Source of the DNA: Malacoraja senta
Lineage: Eukaryota
Direction of reading: 5' to 3'
DNA: 64,000 nt
NCBI GenBank assembly: GCA_038087875.1
Contig: CM075996.1
Location: 6,264,001-6,328,000 of the forward strand
Shown: piece by piece, positions 11,060-25,335 of the stretch
How the letters are laid out: every line of letters starts with the position of its first letter
How positions within the stretch are numbered: position 1 is the first letter of the stretch
Notes under the pieces: model-generated
Databases searched by the model: none
What the model saw: the letters and a program-made list of their open reading frames with translations, nothing else
What the model was told of the DNA's origin: nothing
Translations under genes and position numbers: made by a program

Positions 11060-13569
11060 GAAGTGATAGACTAGATTATTACCCTTTATCATAACCTGAC
11101 AACTTGGATACTCCATTGTTGACATGAATGCCCTGAGTGAGACATGGCACAAGAAAAGACCAGTTCAGAAAGCAAGGTGGCAGTACACCTGGAAGGGCAA
11201 GTCGGAAGATGAATACCATCTTCTCGAAGAAACAAGGAACTGTAGGTGCCGGTTTCCCAAGGAAAAACATCTTGAAGTCAGCTTTATTTTCATTAGTGAG
11301 TTATTCTGGTCCTCCGCGATTGCTGCCGTGGCATAGGCAAATTTCTCATAAGAGGTCTGCAGGATAGAAAAGCCACATCAAGGGTGTTCTCAGTGTCTGC
11401 TTGGAGAAATGTAGCATCTTCACTGCTTCTGACGAATTCCTGACCATACCACTCAAGAGCATTCAGGAGGTGCTATGTATCTCAAGACTTGACAGTAGGA
11501 GCTTGGGGAGGCCAAGTGAAAACAGTGAAAGGAAAGTGCAGCATCTCCACCAACTATCTCACCCGCTCTAGCAAGCTCCACGGTTGCAAATTTGCAATGT
11601 TTGCACTCCTCAGTCACCACAGGAGGTAATGGATGCAAGTCCCTGGTCATCCTAGTCCCAGATGGCCTGCTTGTAATGAGCGTAGTAAAAATGATCTGTG
11701 GATGTTAATTGATATTTATATACTGAAGGTCATATCTGTTGATGGGAGCTATGATAAGCAGCAGTGTTGAGTGCAGAACATATGCTGAGTGCCCATATTT
11801 AATTACAAGATTTAAAAACTGGCAGGATCTGGTAATTGGCGTTCTGAATAACAGCAACTTTATACGATTGGAGATGTGATTCCTGGCCACGTATGTTGAG
11901 GACAATGGATAATTGGTTGATGATGAGAACGATGAAACTAAGCAGCGAGATTGAGAACGAGGGAAATTATAGGGAACAAATTAGAAATGAAGGAAAAAGT
12001 GGAAATGAAAACACTGGTGCTTGGTTGACTGAGATACAGGTTCTATGCTTATGAGTATCAAGGTTGTCTCTAAGTTTATGAATGTAAAAGCCACTAAAGC
12101 TGTCCTTGCAATGGTCATGCTTGGTGAATCCTTGTTGAATCCTTCATTAAAGGAGATTGGTTGCTGCTGGATAGTTTAACCTTGCGGGGGGCTTCTATCT
12201 TTTGTAATTAACTTTAGATCAGGATTCACCTAGATTATTTTGCATTTGAGCAACCTCACATAGTTAGCTCAGATCAAAATTGAGAAGAGTTATAGCTCCT
12301 ACTATGGGAATACTCTACATTAACTTTGGAATTAATAGAAAGAAGTATTCTTTAAAATTATTATTTGCATATGTTGTGATAATGTATGGAAAGTATGGGT
12401 TTTGATCTGAAGAATCTGTCTTGACTTTTCCTCTGCCTTTCCAACTCCATCACCAAGTCATCTTATTGTTCAGATGTGGTATTATTACCCAAATCCTCAT
12501 TTATCAATATTTGGGAACTGCAGGTAGACACACAATTCTGGAGTAACTCAGCGGGACAGGCAGCATCTCTGAATAGAAGGAATGGGTATTGGAACTGCAG
12601 TAGGATTGATCACAATCACTGCTCATAATATTGAGTAAAGTTTTGTACCCAAACAATGCACAGAGTAGGAAAACATTGGATTATAAAGTAGTTTTAATCT
12701 ATTCTATAATCCAAATAGGTAATATTTAGAGATTCTGTGTAAGTATTTTATTTTCCGATTACACCAAGAATGTATTTAAACTCTCAGATCCCCAAAAGAA
12801 TAGCAGTAATATCTGTCGATACAAACTACAAATGCTGGAATCTCGAACAAAAAAACAAAGTGCTGGAGGGACACAGCGGGTCAGGCAGCATCTGTGGAGG
12901 TAAATGGACAGCTGATGTTTTGGATCGAGCCCCTTCTTCAGACTGATGGAGTAGAGGGGAGAAAGCTGTTTTCCATCAGTCTGAAGAATAGTCCTGACCT
13001 GAAATGTTTCTCCATTTGCCTCCATAGATGTTGTTTAACCCACTGAGTTCTTCTAGCACTTTGTTTTGCAGTAATGTTGTCATTGCAGATAGTGAATTGA
13101 TATAATATTGTTGCCAATTACAGTGTAGGAGATCCTCCAATATAAAAAACCCGATATGCACCTTGCTATGTGGAAACTCCTGACCAAAATATTTATTGGA
13201 TTTAACTCATTATCTTTAATTATTTATTTTTAATTTCTGACTTCAATTTCCTTAGACCCCAGTTTCCCTCTTAACAATTTTAACCCCACTGAGTTTGAAC
13301 GATAAGCTTGTAAAGCATGCACTTTGCAAACTAGCAGTCAAGGCCATAAGGATAAGGAAAGGAAGATACTTGAATGACGTATGTGGTGGCCAGTTTCATG
13401 CTCTGCTGATATCATTCACATTGTACATTTATGTGGCACAGTTAGTATAAAAAGTGCCAAGATGCTTCATCAAGGTGTACTCTCAAACGGAGGGGTTTTA
13501 GAGCTATGTTTATGGTGACTTAGTGGTCAAGTTATTGGACTTCTACTCAAAATTATTATGGAACTTGGA

Positions 13570-14230
13570 GCATTATAAGCACAGGAACATCAACCCATGG
13601 GCTCATCGGCCCACCATGTTTGTGCAACCAAGCTGAACTATTCCCATCTGCCTGCACACGGTCGGTATACCTCTGTTCCCGGCCTGCTTGTGGATCTGTC
13701 TAAATGCCCCTTAAATGTTATTCTATTTGCTTCTGCCATCACCCTTGGCAAAATATTCCAGGCACCTGGTACTGTTTAAAAAAAACTTTCTTCACAAATC
13801 TCCTTTAAACTTTCTCCCTCTCACAGTAAACTTATGTCCTCTGGCATTTGATATTTCTCCCCTGAGAAATATCAAATACCTCATCTACCTCATCTATGCC
13901 TCATACGTTTCTAGACTTCTATCGGGCCCTCAGCCTCTGTTGCTCCAGTGAAAATAATCTTGAATTTTTCCAACCTCTCCTTGTAGCTAATTTATTTCAA
14001 TCCAGGCAAAAAGTCCTGGTAAACCTCTTCTGCACCCTCTCCATTGCTACCACATCCTTCCTATGCAGTGGTGACTTATACTGCACACAATACTCCAAAT
14101 GTGCCCTAACGAAAGCTTGTACAGCTGCAACACCACGTCCCAGTTTTTATACTCAGTGCTCTAACCAATGAAGGCATGCATGCCATATGTCTTCTTTACC
14201 TCCGATTACCACCGATCACCACCCTATCAA
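13570..14230 (-). mobile_element. CR1 3' fragment
   Basis: ctgcacacaatactccaaatgtgccctaac is the reverse complement of the VRxHLEYCVQ motif. Confidence 0.75.
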
Positions 14231-15490
14231 TTCTGCTGATTGAACTGCATTTTGATGCAATGAACAATATGTTTTTTGCATAATCTTTGCTGTTGTCAGT
14301 TATTCACTGTTTCACTCCATAAACAATTGGTATTCTTGATATTCTTCTTGGTGTAATAGGACAATAGGACAATAAAATACTAATTGCAGTAAGAAACACC
14401 ATTACTGTATGTTCCTGAGCTTCATTACAAAATTTGAACAGCTTCCCTGTTGAAGGCCACTATTTTGTTTCCTCAGGATGTCTATAGAACCTTACAGTTA
14501 ACCTTTTCTACCACTTCCTGTTGGACTACTGCAATCTTCTTGTGGTTGGTAAATGCACAAAAAAAATATCAAGGCCCTTGGTTAAAGAGAAACATTTAAA
14601 ATACTGAGGTAGGAAGTAAATGGAGGCAACAGAATACCATGATCATAGTTAAACATGGTTTTAATATCAGCGGATCACTAAATGTCCCTAGATTCAGCGA
14701 TTGTTATGTTTGGTTGGAAAATAGTCAATGTAATTTCTTTCATTTCAAAAGAGAGGGAGACGGAAACAGGAAATGGCAGGCCACTTGGCCTAACATCTGC
14801 CATAGGAAATATTAGAGCATGTTGTTAAAGACATTGCAGCAGGGCACAGTAAAAAATCAAGATCATCAGGTAAAGTCAACATAGTTTTGTGAGAGGAATA
14901 TCATATGTGACAATTTATTGGAGTTAGTTGAATAAGTAACGTACTGTAGTTAAAGTGAACTAGGTTGGTATACTATGGCTTTGAAGAAGACATTCAGTAA
15001 GGTGTTGCATCAAAAATTATTGCAGAAAATAAATGGTCATTATTTACGTGGAGGCATGTTGGTGTGGATGAAGGATTGGCTGCTAGCAGGAAACAAGAGA
15101 TTAGACAAATGTACATCACTTTTTTTCTGGTTGGCAAGAAGCCAGATATCATGATCCACATTGGTACTAACTCCACAGGTTACAAAAAGGATGAAGTCCT
15201 GCAGCATAAATTCGGGATATTTAGGTCACAGATTAAAAAGCAGTATCTCGATGGTTGTAATCTTTGTCTTAATTCTGATAAGTATAGAATAGGAGAATAA
15301 ATCAAATGAATGTGTGCCACAGGGAAGGCTTTAGATTTTCAGATCACTTAGACATTAAGTAAGATGGCTCCTGTACAAATAGACCAGGTTGCACCTAAAC
15401 CAGAGTCAAGGAGGTTTTCCATGGTTTTGGCAGTGTGGTTTAAAACTATTCAGGCAATGGAATGGGACACAGAGTGGATGTACAATTTAT

Positions 15491-15528
15491 GGGGGGGGGG
15501 GGGGGGGGGGGTGGGGGGGGGGGGGGGG
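15491..15528. repeat. Poly-G tract (38 nt, one T)
   Basis: Direct observation. Confidence 0.95.
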
Positions 15529-17981
15529 TACAAGTACAATGTAAGAGTGAAGAGTGTTTTATTTTCATATGTCCAGAAATAGAAAAAATAAATTCTTACT
15601 TGCAGCAAAAAAAGGACACCAAGTTTAGGAGTTACTCGGTGGGCCAGACAGCACCTCTGGAGAACAGGGATGGGTGACATTTTGGGTTGGGACCCTTCTT
15701 CAGTTAGATACTTATTTACTTATCTTAGTACCTGTAGCACAACAGGTTTGTAAACACAGCACTTAATGGATAACCCAACAAACAAAAAAGTTTAATAAAT
15801 AAAATATCCAATATAATGCAAAAACAAAATAAAGTCCAAAGTCGCTAGTGCAGCCCAGGCAGTTAGTTGGAGTTTGTTTTGTTCAATAGCGTGGGTATAA
15901 CCTGTTCTTGAACATAGTCAGAGAAGGAAAACCAAGTCAGTCAAGCAGGCTATAGTTATGGGAGGATCTGCATCCATTTTATTTTATTTTTATTTTTATT
16001 TTTATTTATTTATTCCGAACAAGTAAAGACATTAAAGACATTAATATTAACAAAATCGAAATTATCAAACAATTGGACATTGCAATCAACATTTACAAAT
16101 GAGAAGAACAAAATCAAGGTTCCAATGTCCAACTCTGAGTCTGTACAAGCTCGAAAAGGAGTGAGAAGAAGAATAACTTATTAAATCTCACCCCTTTTCC
16201 CCAACACTTCTATCATATTTAAAAATCAATTCCTTACTAATAATAATACTGCCCTAGGCAATTTCCCATAATACCTACAGACACATATATACATACAACT
16301 ATTATGTACATACAATCTTCATATTTGAAGTACCCAAACATAAGTGAACAATAGTAAACAAGATAAACATCAACAATAGTAACAAGATAAACATCAACGA
16401 TAGTAAACAAGATAAACATCAACCCCCACTTGTCAACCATCCCCTCCATCCCTGTACCCCTTGAGAATTATTTTTTTATATATCATTTTAAAATGCAAGA
16501 AGTCTGACTAATAAGGCAAATGAATTCAGCAGTAATATATATTCCAATGTTCCATCACAGAGGTTGAAAGAAGGGAACCTGAAACCTGACAACACGTCGG
16601 TTCAGGGTACAGAATCTTCAGGCAGGGAAAAGGGGTGGTGAGGAACGTAATGTAAAAGAGGAAGTGACATTGCAATATTGAGTAAGGAATCAATTACTGT
16701 GGTAATGAGGAAGGGGACACTAGAAGATTCATATTAGTCCATATGGATAGAACTTGGGAACAAGAAAGGGACTGCTCACATTGCAGAAGGTATTCTACAG
16801 CCTCTTGGCAGGCAGTAGCGAATAGAGGAGCAGAAATGCAGACATCATCAAGAGGTTCGAGCATAATAGGACTACAGTGGTGGTGGATGCCATCGTCCTC
16901 AATATTATCTGTGATTACTTTAGTGTGAGAAGTCTAGTGGGGTTGGAATGTTCAGTGTGTCCAGGAGAGATTTCAGAACCAGTACTTAATCATAGATTAT
17001 ACAGTACAGAAACAATTTGATGTGTCGTTGTGAGATTCAATTCCACTACAATAGCGGGGGGAAGTTAACTTCAAGGTATGAAGTGATACCTGCAGACACC
17101 GGCTTACTGTTACCTCTGTCATTTCTACAACATCATCATCATGTTAACTCCTTGTTCAGGCACCACATTGTGAATGAAATTCTATCTAGTCTGTTTATCT
17201 CTGCTTGTACATCAGAGTTAATCTTAGTTGCCTGCTCTTTATGTCAAATAAAAGCTTACTAAGGCACCATGTTTTTGAAGTAAAACATTGTGTTATCGTG
17301 CAGATTGATGGTTCATCAGAGTCTTCTTGATTATAAAGCACCCACGGGTACTATAAAAAAGACATTCACTTGGGCTGTCAACTGCTTGGGAACCTGGATC
17401 AAGCCCCTGCCTTCTGTTGATGCTCCCACATCAATGAAAGATTGATCTCATTCCTGCATGGTATGGTGTGTAGTGAACCATTGTGGTAATGTGCAGAAGC
17501 TGCCTGTGAGGGTTAATATTGAATGACCTGTGATAAGCAGTGTGGCTACTTAATACTAAGATATGGATCTCAGGGCTGGCATGGTGATTTTCGGCTGTTG
17601 TTAGGGACTAGCAGTGGTCAGGATCAAACTCAAGTCCCTGGAGCAGTGAGGAAACAGAACTACCTGCTGCACCACAGTGCCCTAGAGCATTAAATATTGT
17701 ATTAGGATGACACTCCTATTTCCTTAACCATCATAATTGACAACTTCTTTATGGTCATTTGTATAGTTTTCGTGCAGTTTTAATGATTGGTTCAAATCCA
17801 ATAAACTTTTTCAGATTGTCCGAAGCTAAGCTTTAAGATCTTGGCAGACAAAGTAGTGAGGTGTTATTGCGTTTGTATGTTTGCAAGAGGGACATACAGA
17901 TGACAGTTTCCACCTTTAGCCTAATTTTACTGAAGTAACCCTAAGCCTGGTCATTTTTACCCAGTATCACTGCAATAATAA

Positions 17982-19109
17982 AAGGTAGACAAATAGTCCA
18001 CTATAAACCCACTGACTCCCATGGCTATCTAGACTACTATTCTTCCCACCCTGCTTCCTGTAAGGACTCCATCCCCTACTCCCAATTCCTCCGTCTACGC
18101 CGCATCTGCTCCCAGGATGAGGTGTTCCACACCAGGGCATCGGAAATGTCCTAATTCTTCAGGGAACGGGGGTTCCCCTCCCCTACTATAGATGAGGCTC
18201 GCACCAGGGTCTCTTCCATACCCCGTAACACTGCTCTCTCTCCCCATCCCCCCACTCGCAACAAGGGCAGAGTCCCCCTAGTCCTCACCTTTCACCCCAC
18301 TAGCCGTCACATACAACAAATAGTCCTCCGACAGTTTTGCCACCTCCAACGTGACCCCACCACTCGCCACATCTTCCCATCTCCCCCCCCCCTGTCTGCT
18401 TTCCACAAAGACCGCTCCCTCCATAACTCCCTTGTCAATTCTTCCCTTCCCTCCCGCACCACCCCCTCCCCGGGCACTTTCCCTTGCAACCACAAGAGAT
18501 GCTACACTTGTCGCTTTACTTCCCCCCTCGACTCCATTCAAGGACCCAAGCAGTCGTTCCAGGTGCGACAGAGGTTCACCTGCATCTCCTCCAACCTCAT
18601 CTATTGCATCCGCTGCTCTAGATGTCAGCTGATCTACGTCGGTGAGACCAAGCGTAGGCTTGGCGATCGTTTCGCCGAACACCACCGCTCGGTCCGCATT
18701 AACCAACCTGACCTCCCGGTGGCTCAGCACTTCAACTCCCCCTCCCATTCTGTATCCGACCTCTCTGTCCTGGGCCTCCTCCATGGCCAGAGTGAGCAAC
18801 ACCGGAAATTGGAGGAACAGCACCTCATATTCCGCTTGGGTAATCTGCATCCTAGTGGCATAAACATTGAATTCTCCCAATTCCGTTAGCCCTTGCTGTC
18901 TCCTCCCCTTCTTAACTCTCCCTCAGCCCTCGGGCTCCTCCTCCTTTTTCCTTTCTTCTCCCCGCCCCCCCATCCCCCATCAGTCTGAAGAAGGGTTTCG
19001 GCCCGAAACGTCGCCTATTTCCTTCGCTCCATAGATGCTGCTGCACCCGCTGAGTTTCTCCAGCACTTTTGTCTACCTTCAATTTTCCAGCATCTGCAGT
19101 TCCTTCTTA
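17982..19109 (+). mobile_element. Penelope-like element, 5' truncated (RT C-terminus, GIY-YIG endonuclease, pLTR with hammerhead motif)
   Basis: YKPTDSHGYLDYYSSHPASCKDSIPYSQFLRLRRICS then FTCISSNLIYCIRCSRCQLIYVGETKRRLGDRFAEH. In-frame stop present. 16-bp TSD atcactg(c/g)aataataa at 17966 and 19110. Short inverted end ggtagacaaa at the 5' junction. Confidence 0.92.
18982..19016 (+). ncRNA. Minimal type I hammerhead ribozyme motif (representative copy)
   Basis: CUGAAGA-A-GGGU(UUCG)GCCC-GAAA-C-GUC: both core boxes, stem II hairpin, palindromic ACGU in place of stem III. Stem I pairing is weak. Confidence 0.7.
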
Positions 19110-20633
19110 ATCACTGGAATAATAACTTTGTTATTATTGAAATTTATGGCTCACCTAATAACTTTGCTATTTCAATTACAACATTGTAAAATGGAGATGT
19201 GAATTGACAATAACTTGTTCCGACATACTGTTCTCCATTACTGGCATGAGTTGATCAGGCCAAATGTACAACATCCATTGAGTTGCAAACTCGGGAACAC
19301 CTCTCTCGCATGTTGGTCCTTGGTTTGCATTACTGAACCAGCCCAAGATGTCTTTTTATATACCCTTATAAGTTTGTTCAAGCCTCCGAGCATGATCTTG
19401 TTCACATGTCCATCATTATCAACCTTAGTCTTTTTATTTGTAAATTCAGAGTTTGAATTGTGAAGCACATACCTCCCTCCTAATTTATTCACATTCTACT
19501 CATCTTGTTTAGTTATGCTGTGTGTATCCAAATATTGTTTTTCTGCTAATACAAACCTTCTTGCCTGTCTGTTCTCCATTATTTTGTAGCCTTAAGATAA
19601 TTCCAAATGTCTTTGCCTCCCTTGAATATGAGATGTTATTTGTGGAAATCTGTTTGAAGCTTCTATCTATGCCTTCTTTGTTTGCTCATACTTCATCGTG
19701 TGTCTGTGACCTTCATTCTTGGTTCTGCTTTTCCCTATTACATCTTTTATAACTATACCTAATCGGTTCCCAGCCTGCTTGACCAACAAAGCTCACATCT
19801 ATCTGACTTAGTTGAATCCTAAACTGAAGCCCCCTCTGCTATATTTCCCCTTTGATTATGCAAACTTTTTTTCGGCTTAAATGATATGTGGTGTATTTGC
19901 TTCTAATGCAGACAATTTTACACAAAATTTGACTAAATAAATATTTCAAATAACTGATTAATAAAGCCTCTATCACTCTATGCTAGGTATATCCTTAATA
20001 CACATGCACAATGTAAAGCTATGAGTGGATTTGTACATTGCTCCTTAACCAGTTCCATAAACCACCCCATGAGGTGTTTTTATACCCTTTATTTTTGTTC
20101 TGACTTCTTGAATCCATTGTACGGAGACACTTTGTGGAATCACTCTTGGATTTCATTTAGATGTTCAGGTGAAGTGTGTAGAAGTGGCCTCATGGTTTAA
20201 AATATTGACTTAGTTCAGCTTTGATAATTTTCAAAATGTTGATAACCATGATTGACTGAGTGTGAATATTAATCAGTTTCCTTTGTCCTAATTTTACAAT
20301 GACTTGTTTCATATAGGTATTCTTCCATATAGTTATGTCTTTCATGTTGCAGTAGTAGGAGATGTCCTGTGCCCTTTATATGCTACCCTTGAGATGGTGA
20401 TGTGCATTGGTCAGATTCATTGGTATAACTAACTATAAAGTCTCTAAGTCCACATAGAGATCACGACTTTAGCATAGATAGGATATGATGTGCATATTTT
20501 GGCTTAAATTTGCTTTGATTAGCAGTCTGTTCCTCTCCATGGCAAATATGGTTACATCGTGATTTCCATGCTTTACCTTGTATTATCCCAGTCATTTGAG
20601 CTTCTGTCACCTGATCACCTTGCTGATCAGGAA

Positions 20634-20733
20634 CCATAATCATAGTCCTCATATGATCCAACTTTCTACATATCCCATATTAAACCCATAATTATAGTCC
20701 TCATATGATCCAACTTTCTACATATCCCATATC
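20634..20733. repeat. 52-bp tandem duplication
   Basis: atagtcctcatatgatccaactttctacatatcccatat occurs twice. Confidence 0.9.
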
Positions 20734-21059
20734 CCACATTAGGTGCCATCCTATGTATACATTTATCTTTAGATTAGTTATGCTGCACTTTCTTAACCTA
20801 ACTCAGAGCTTTCCTTCAATTTAATTTTCAATTTCTTTGTCACTTGCACTACTATCTCATTCCCACATAACATTTGATACTGCTTTCTATTACTCTTCTT
20901 CTGTCTTAACAATGTTGTTAATTGTTTCAACATGTCCTTCTATTGCTTTTACCATCAGTTCACTTATATTTAACAAAGTCAATTACTTAGCTGATTATTG
21001 ATTATAACAGTATACCCAGCTACAATGCTCATTACTTATTATTTTTGTGACTGTTATAA

Positions 21060-21230
21060 CTCTGAAGAAGTGTCTCAACCCGAAACGTCACCCGGGTCTG
21101 AAGATGGGCCTCGACCCGAAACGTCACCCATTCCTTCTCTCCAAAGATGCTGCCTGCCCCGCTGAGTTACTCCAGTTTTTTGTGTCTATCTTCGGTTTAA
21201 ACCAGCATCTGCAGTTCCTTCCTACACATA
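21060..21230 (+). mobile_element. PLE pLTR-end insertion with two head-to-tail hammerhead motifs
   Basis: ctgaagaagtgtctcaacccgaaacgtcaccc followed directly by gggtctgaagatgggcctcgacccgaaacgtcaccc. Confidence 0.8.
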
Positions 21231-22639
21231 ACTCCATACTTGCTAGTTCTTTGACCGTTTCCCCAATTGTCATTCTTATACTTCACCTACAACATTGCTA
21301 ATAGGATGGACACCAACATTAATTGTAGTAGGTCTAATCATAATGCAGGGATGTACAGTGTATTAATATGTATCCCCTTTTTTTGTGTGCCCGGCCCTCT
21401 CTTCTCTTTTTATATTCACAGAAAAATTAGGCCCATGCCAATTGATTGATGCACGCTGCTTCTTTTGTGATTGCCCTTTTCCATACCTAGTTTTATTCCC
21501 TGTAAATGCACATCTCCATGCACCTTAATCCAATTAGTTTTATGCTAATAGTTATCACTAAAGAGTTGTTATGATGGGGATGAGCTCTGGGTTTATCAGC
21601 CTCTCAGAAGTGCCTACTTAACTGAAATTTCATAACCGCACTGGAGGAAACAGTCAACGTAAATTATGTCCTTGGCTAAATCTTGTTTGACTATGTTTAT
21701 AAAGGACTTTTACTGTGCAGAGTCTTCGAATCTCAGCTTGTGTTTTTCCTAATTGCTTTAAACAAAGGTCCCATCATCTCCAATCTCCTATAGCCAGATC
21801 AGTAATTCTCTCTGATATAGAGTGCATGGTGCAATTTGCTTTTCTTTCCAAGGCAATGCCTTCCACTCTTAAGGGGATATCCTTGGTATGGTGTATTGAT
21901 TATGACAGGTTTGATTTATCAACCAAATATCATGCATCATAAATGACACAATTCTGGGCTGTACCATTTCGATTTTCCTTGGAGGGTCTTTCTTTCTAGC
22001 TGAACCAAAAATAGAATTACCATAACACTTTGATAATTTGGTATTTGACTGTTCGGAAATCCTAATACTTCGGCATCTGGCTTACTTGGTAGTACACTAA
22101 GTCTTTATTGTCTGCGAACTGTGTAGTTGCTAGGTTGGCCGTATATTACTGGGTGTGTGGGCCAAGTGTGCAGCCAGAACTGGGGTTGGAATGTGTGTAG
22201 ATTTGTGGTCAGAACGGGGTCCAGAACGTGGGTTTGAAGTGGGGTCCGGAAGCTTGCATGTTTCAGCTTATTTTGATAAGCCGGAATTTACAAAATGGAA
22301 ACTCACCAAATTCACTGGAATTCTTTGTTAACTACTGGATAACATATTTAAAAGAGAGTGAAATAGAATTATATTTGGGTGACAGGAGTTAGAATAGTTT
22401 ATTCCAATAGTTTAGAAAATCTGCTTGTCCAACATCACCTTGATAATAATAATAATAATAAATTTTATTTATGGGCGCCTTTCAACACATTTGCTATAAT
22501 AGGTGTTGCAGTATAAACTAATAGCTACTAAAATACCTTAATTTTATGAAAATCTTGCAGGGAAAATTAACATTATTATTGCAAGGCTGGAACCCTCTCG
22601 TCCTCAACCCCCTTTTGTCCTCATGGACACAATTAAGGC

Positions 22640-23152
22640 ACAGTTTTGGTCTCCTAATTTGAGGAAGGACATCCTTGTGATTGAGGCAGTGCAGCGTAGG
22701 TTCACGAGATTGATCCCTGGGATGGCGGGACTGTCATATGAGGAAAGATTGAAAAGGCTTGTCTTCACTGGAGTTTAGAAGGATGAGGGGGAATCTTATA
22801 GAAACATATGAAATTATAAAAGGACTGGACAAGCTAGATGCAGGAAAAATGTTCCCCATGTTGGGCGAGTCCAGAACCAGGGGCCACAGTCTTAGAATAA
22901 AGGGATTTAAGACTGAGGTGAGAAAAAAACGTTTTCACCCAGAGAGTTGTGAATTTGTGGAATTCCCTGCTACAGAGGGCAGTGGAGGCCAAATCACTGG
23001 ATGGATTTAAGAGAGAGTTAAATAGAGCTCATGGGGCTAGTGGAATCAAGGGATATGGGGAGAAGGGGACGATCAGCCATGATCACAATGAATGGCGGTG
23101 CTGGCTCGAAGGGCCGAATGGCCTCCTCCTGCACCTATTTTCTATGTTTCTA
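22640..23152 (+). mobile_element. CR1-clade LINE 3' fragment (young subfamily)
   Basis: SLEFRRMRGNLIETYEIIKGLDKLDAGKMFPMLGESRTRGHSLRI; tttctatg tail. Confidence 0.9.
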
Positions 23153-24657
23153 ATTTTTTTTATAACACGATTTTCTATAACACGAGGTTTCTTAGGAACG
23201 TAACTGTCATGTTATTGCAGAACTATCTGCATGTTACATTGTTTAATGGAGTATCATTGCAAACGAGTCATTAGAAGTAATTGCTTGCCAATTTCTATGA
23301 TCCCCCATGGTTAAAGTAATAGTCGTGTTCTTCAGAGACAATGATGACTGATTACAATGGTGACTGATTAAAGGTAACTGGATGTCTTCCATACTGTTTA
23401 AATCAAATACATCTTTTTTCTCTGCTTGTCAGTTTCCAAAATAACTTTTAAATAGTTCTCTAGTTTATGATCAAAATTGTGATATAACCAATCTTTAGCT
23501 ATTAGTTCAAAATTCCCTCCAGGTCTTAGTTTACCAAACTTAAACAAATCAACTAACTGAAAGTTAAAACAAAGAAATAACAGGTTCTGGTTGTAGGCAA
23601 AATTACTGAAGACAACTTGCAGACTTTGAGTCCTGAAAAGCGCTATATAAATAAAATCTATTATTATTATTATTATCTTTTAAAGAAATGCTCTCACAAA
23701 AACAAAATGGTCATGCAAATATTTGGATCGACTTACAAGTAAACTGAATTTCTACTCCCTATTTAACATGCACACACAATGAGTATTCTTCCTTGGATTC
23801 CAAGTCCTCTTTCATGCAAGTGCATTGGTAAATATGAGTAGCAAATGTGGGTTTATCGTGTTGATTGTGTGCCTGGGTTGTTCTTCATGGTGCCATAGGC
23901 AGACATGGAGTAGTTCTGGTGGTAGCTCAGGTGGGAACCTGTCCCATGGGTCATAATTGTCAACAGGGTATCTACCAGTTTTGAAATCTGCAGATTTGGC
24001 TGCATAATCCCAATTAATTCATCTGTTCTCTTCAACATTTCTCAATGCTCTATCACCGCAGATGCATAATATGCCTCTCTGGGCTGAAAGCTGACACGAA
24101 TATGCTGATTTCCTGTTGACATTAGCATGATCGGCTTTGTCATGTTGCACCTGTGCCTTTGGTTGCTACATTACCTTGAAGCTTTAGAAGACCGAGACAG
24201 TTTTGTTTAACCATTGTGTTTGATAATATAGCTTCCTTTTCTGTTTGTGTCTGAAACCCACGCATAGGCATAATTTGTCATGAGTGTGCGACTTTATTTT
24301 TTGCCCTTTTACTTTTTACTATTTAATTTTTCTTTTGTTAAATTTCTGTCTCACCATGGTCATTCTCCTTATGGGATTTCTCTCGAGCATGAGACAACTG
24401 CAGTAATCTTTATTAATTCTTACAACCTTTTTCCTTGCTGACCCTTGGCATCCTCCAAGTGCTGTGTTCTGATGATCCCTGAAGCCACTGAAGCAGTGCA
24501 CCACAGCAGCACCACTTCCTTCTTTGCTCATTATTCCCAATGTTAGCAACGGATTATCAGCAGCTTTCCAACATCATGTTCTGATTTTACTTGGCCATGT
24601 CCCTTTTAGCAAGTCCAACTCAGGATGGAATTGGTTCATTAGGACGACAATAATATT

Positions 24658-24848
24658 TTGTTTAGTTTAGAGATATAGCACGGAAACAGGCCCTTCGGCC
24701 CACCGAGTCCGCGCCAACCAGTGAACCCCATACACTAGCACAATGCTACACACTAAGGACAATTTTCACTGAAGCCAATTAACCTACAAACCTGTATGTC
24801 TTTGGAATGTGGGAGGAAACCGGAGTTTCCGGAGTAACTCCACGCGGA
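24658..24848 (-). mobile_element. HE1-like V-SINE, 5' truncated
   Basis: 3' two-thirds of the family. Confidence 0.85.
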
Positions 24849-25335
24849 GATTTATTGAAGAACAATGGACAGGCACTTAGAATTTGTCCCAATATTTCCT
24901 GTTGCTGACACTGAGTTCCAAACTTGGGATCTCTCGCATTTTGGTCTTAATTTCAAGTTATTGAACCAGCCAAATCCCCTGCAACATATATCACATTTAG
25001 TTCTTTGTCCACTCACTCATGTATTCAGGCCATACCCATTGTTATCAACCTTAGTCTATTGTGAATTTGAGTCTGAATTGTAAGACATGTATCTCCCTCC
25101 TTATTCACATCCCTCACATCATGTATAATTAATCTGGTGTCTATTCTGTTTTTTCATTACACAGGCCTTTTTGCATGTCTATTTATCTATTTTTAACCTT
25201 AAAATCATTCCTGGTCTTTGCCTCTCATATATTAGATGTTATTCATGACCATTGTTTGAAGCTACCGTCTATAGCCCTTTTGTTTATTCATACCTCATCA
25301 TTTTTCCAGTGTACCTGTGTGACCATTGTACTAGG

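Noticed and set aside
9590..11300. Host coding exons
   Set aside because: Looks like degraded RTE-like LINE remnants (e.g. YTWKGKSEDE near 11180-11215) and purine-rich low-complexity sequence; too decayed to annotate confidently
15462..15680. Poly-Gly and poly-Pro ORFs
   Set aside because: Caused by the poly-G tract, whose length may also be a sequencing artefact
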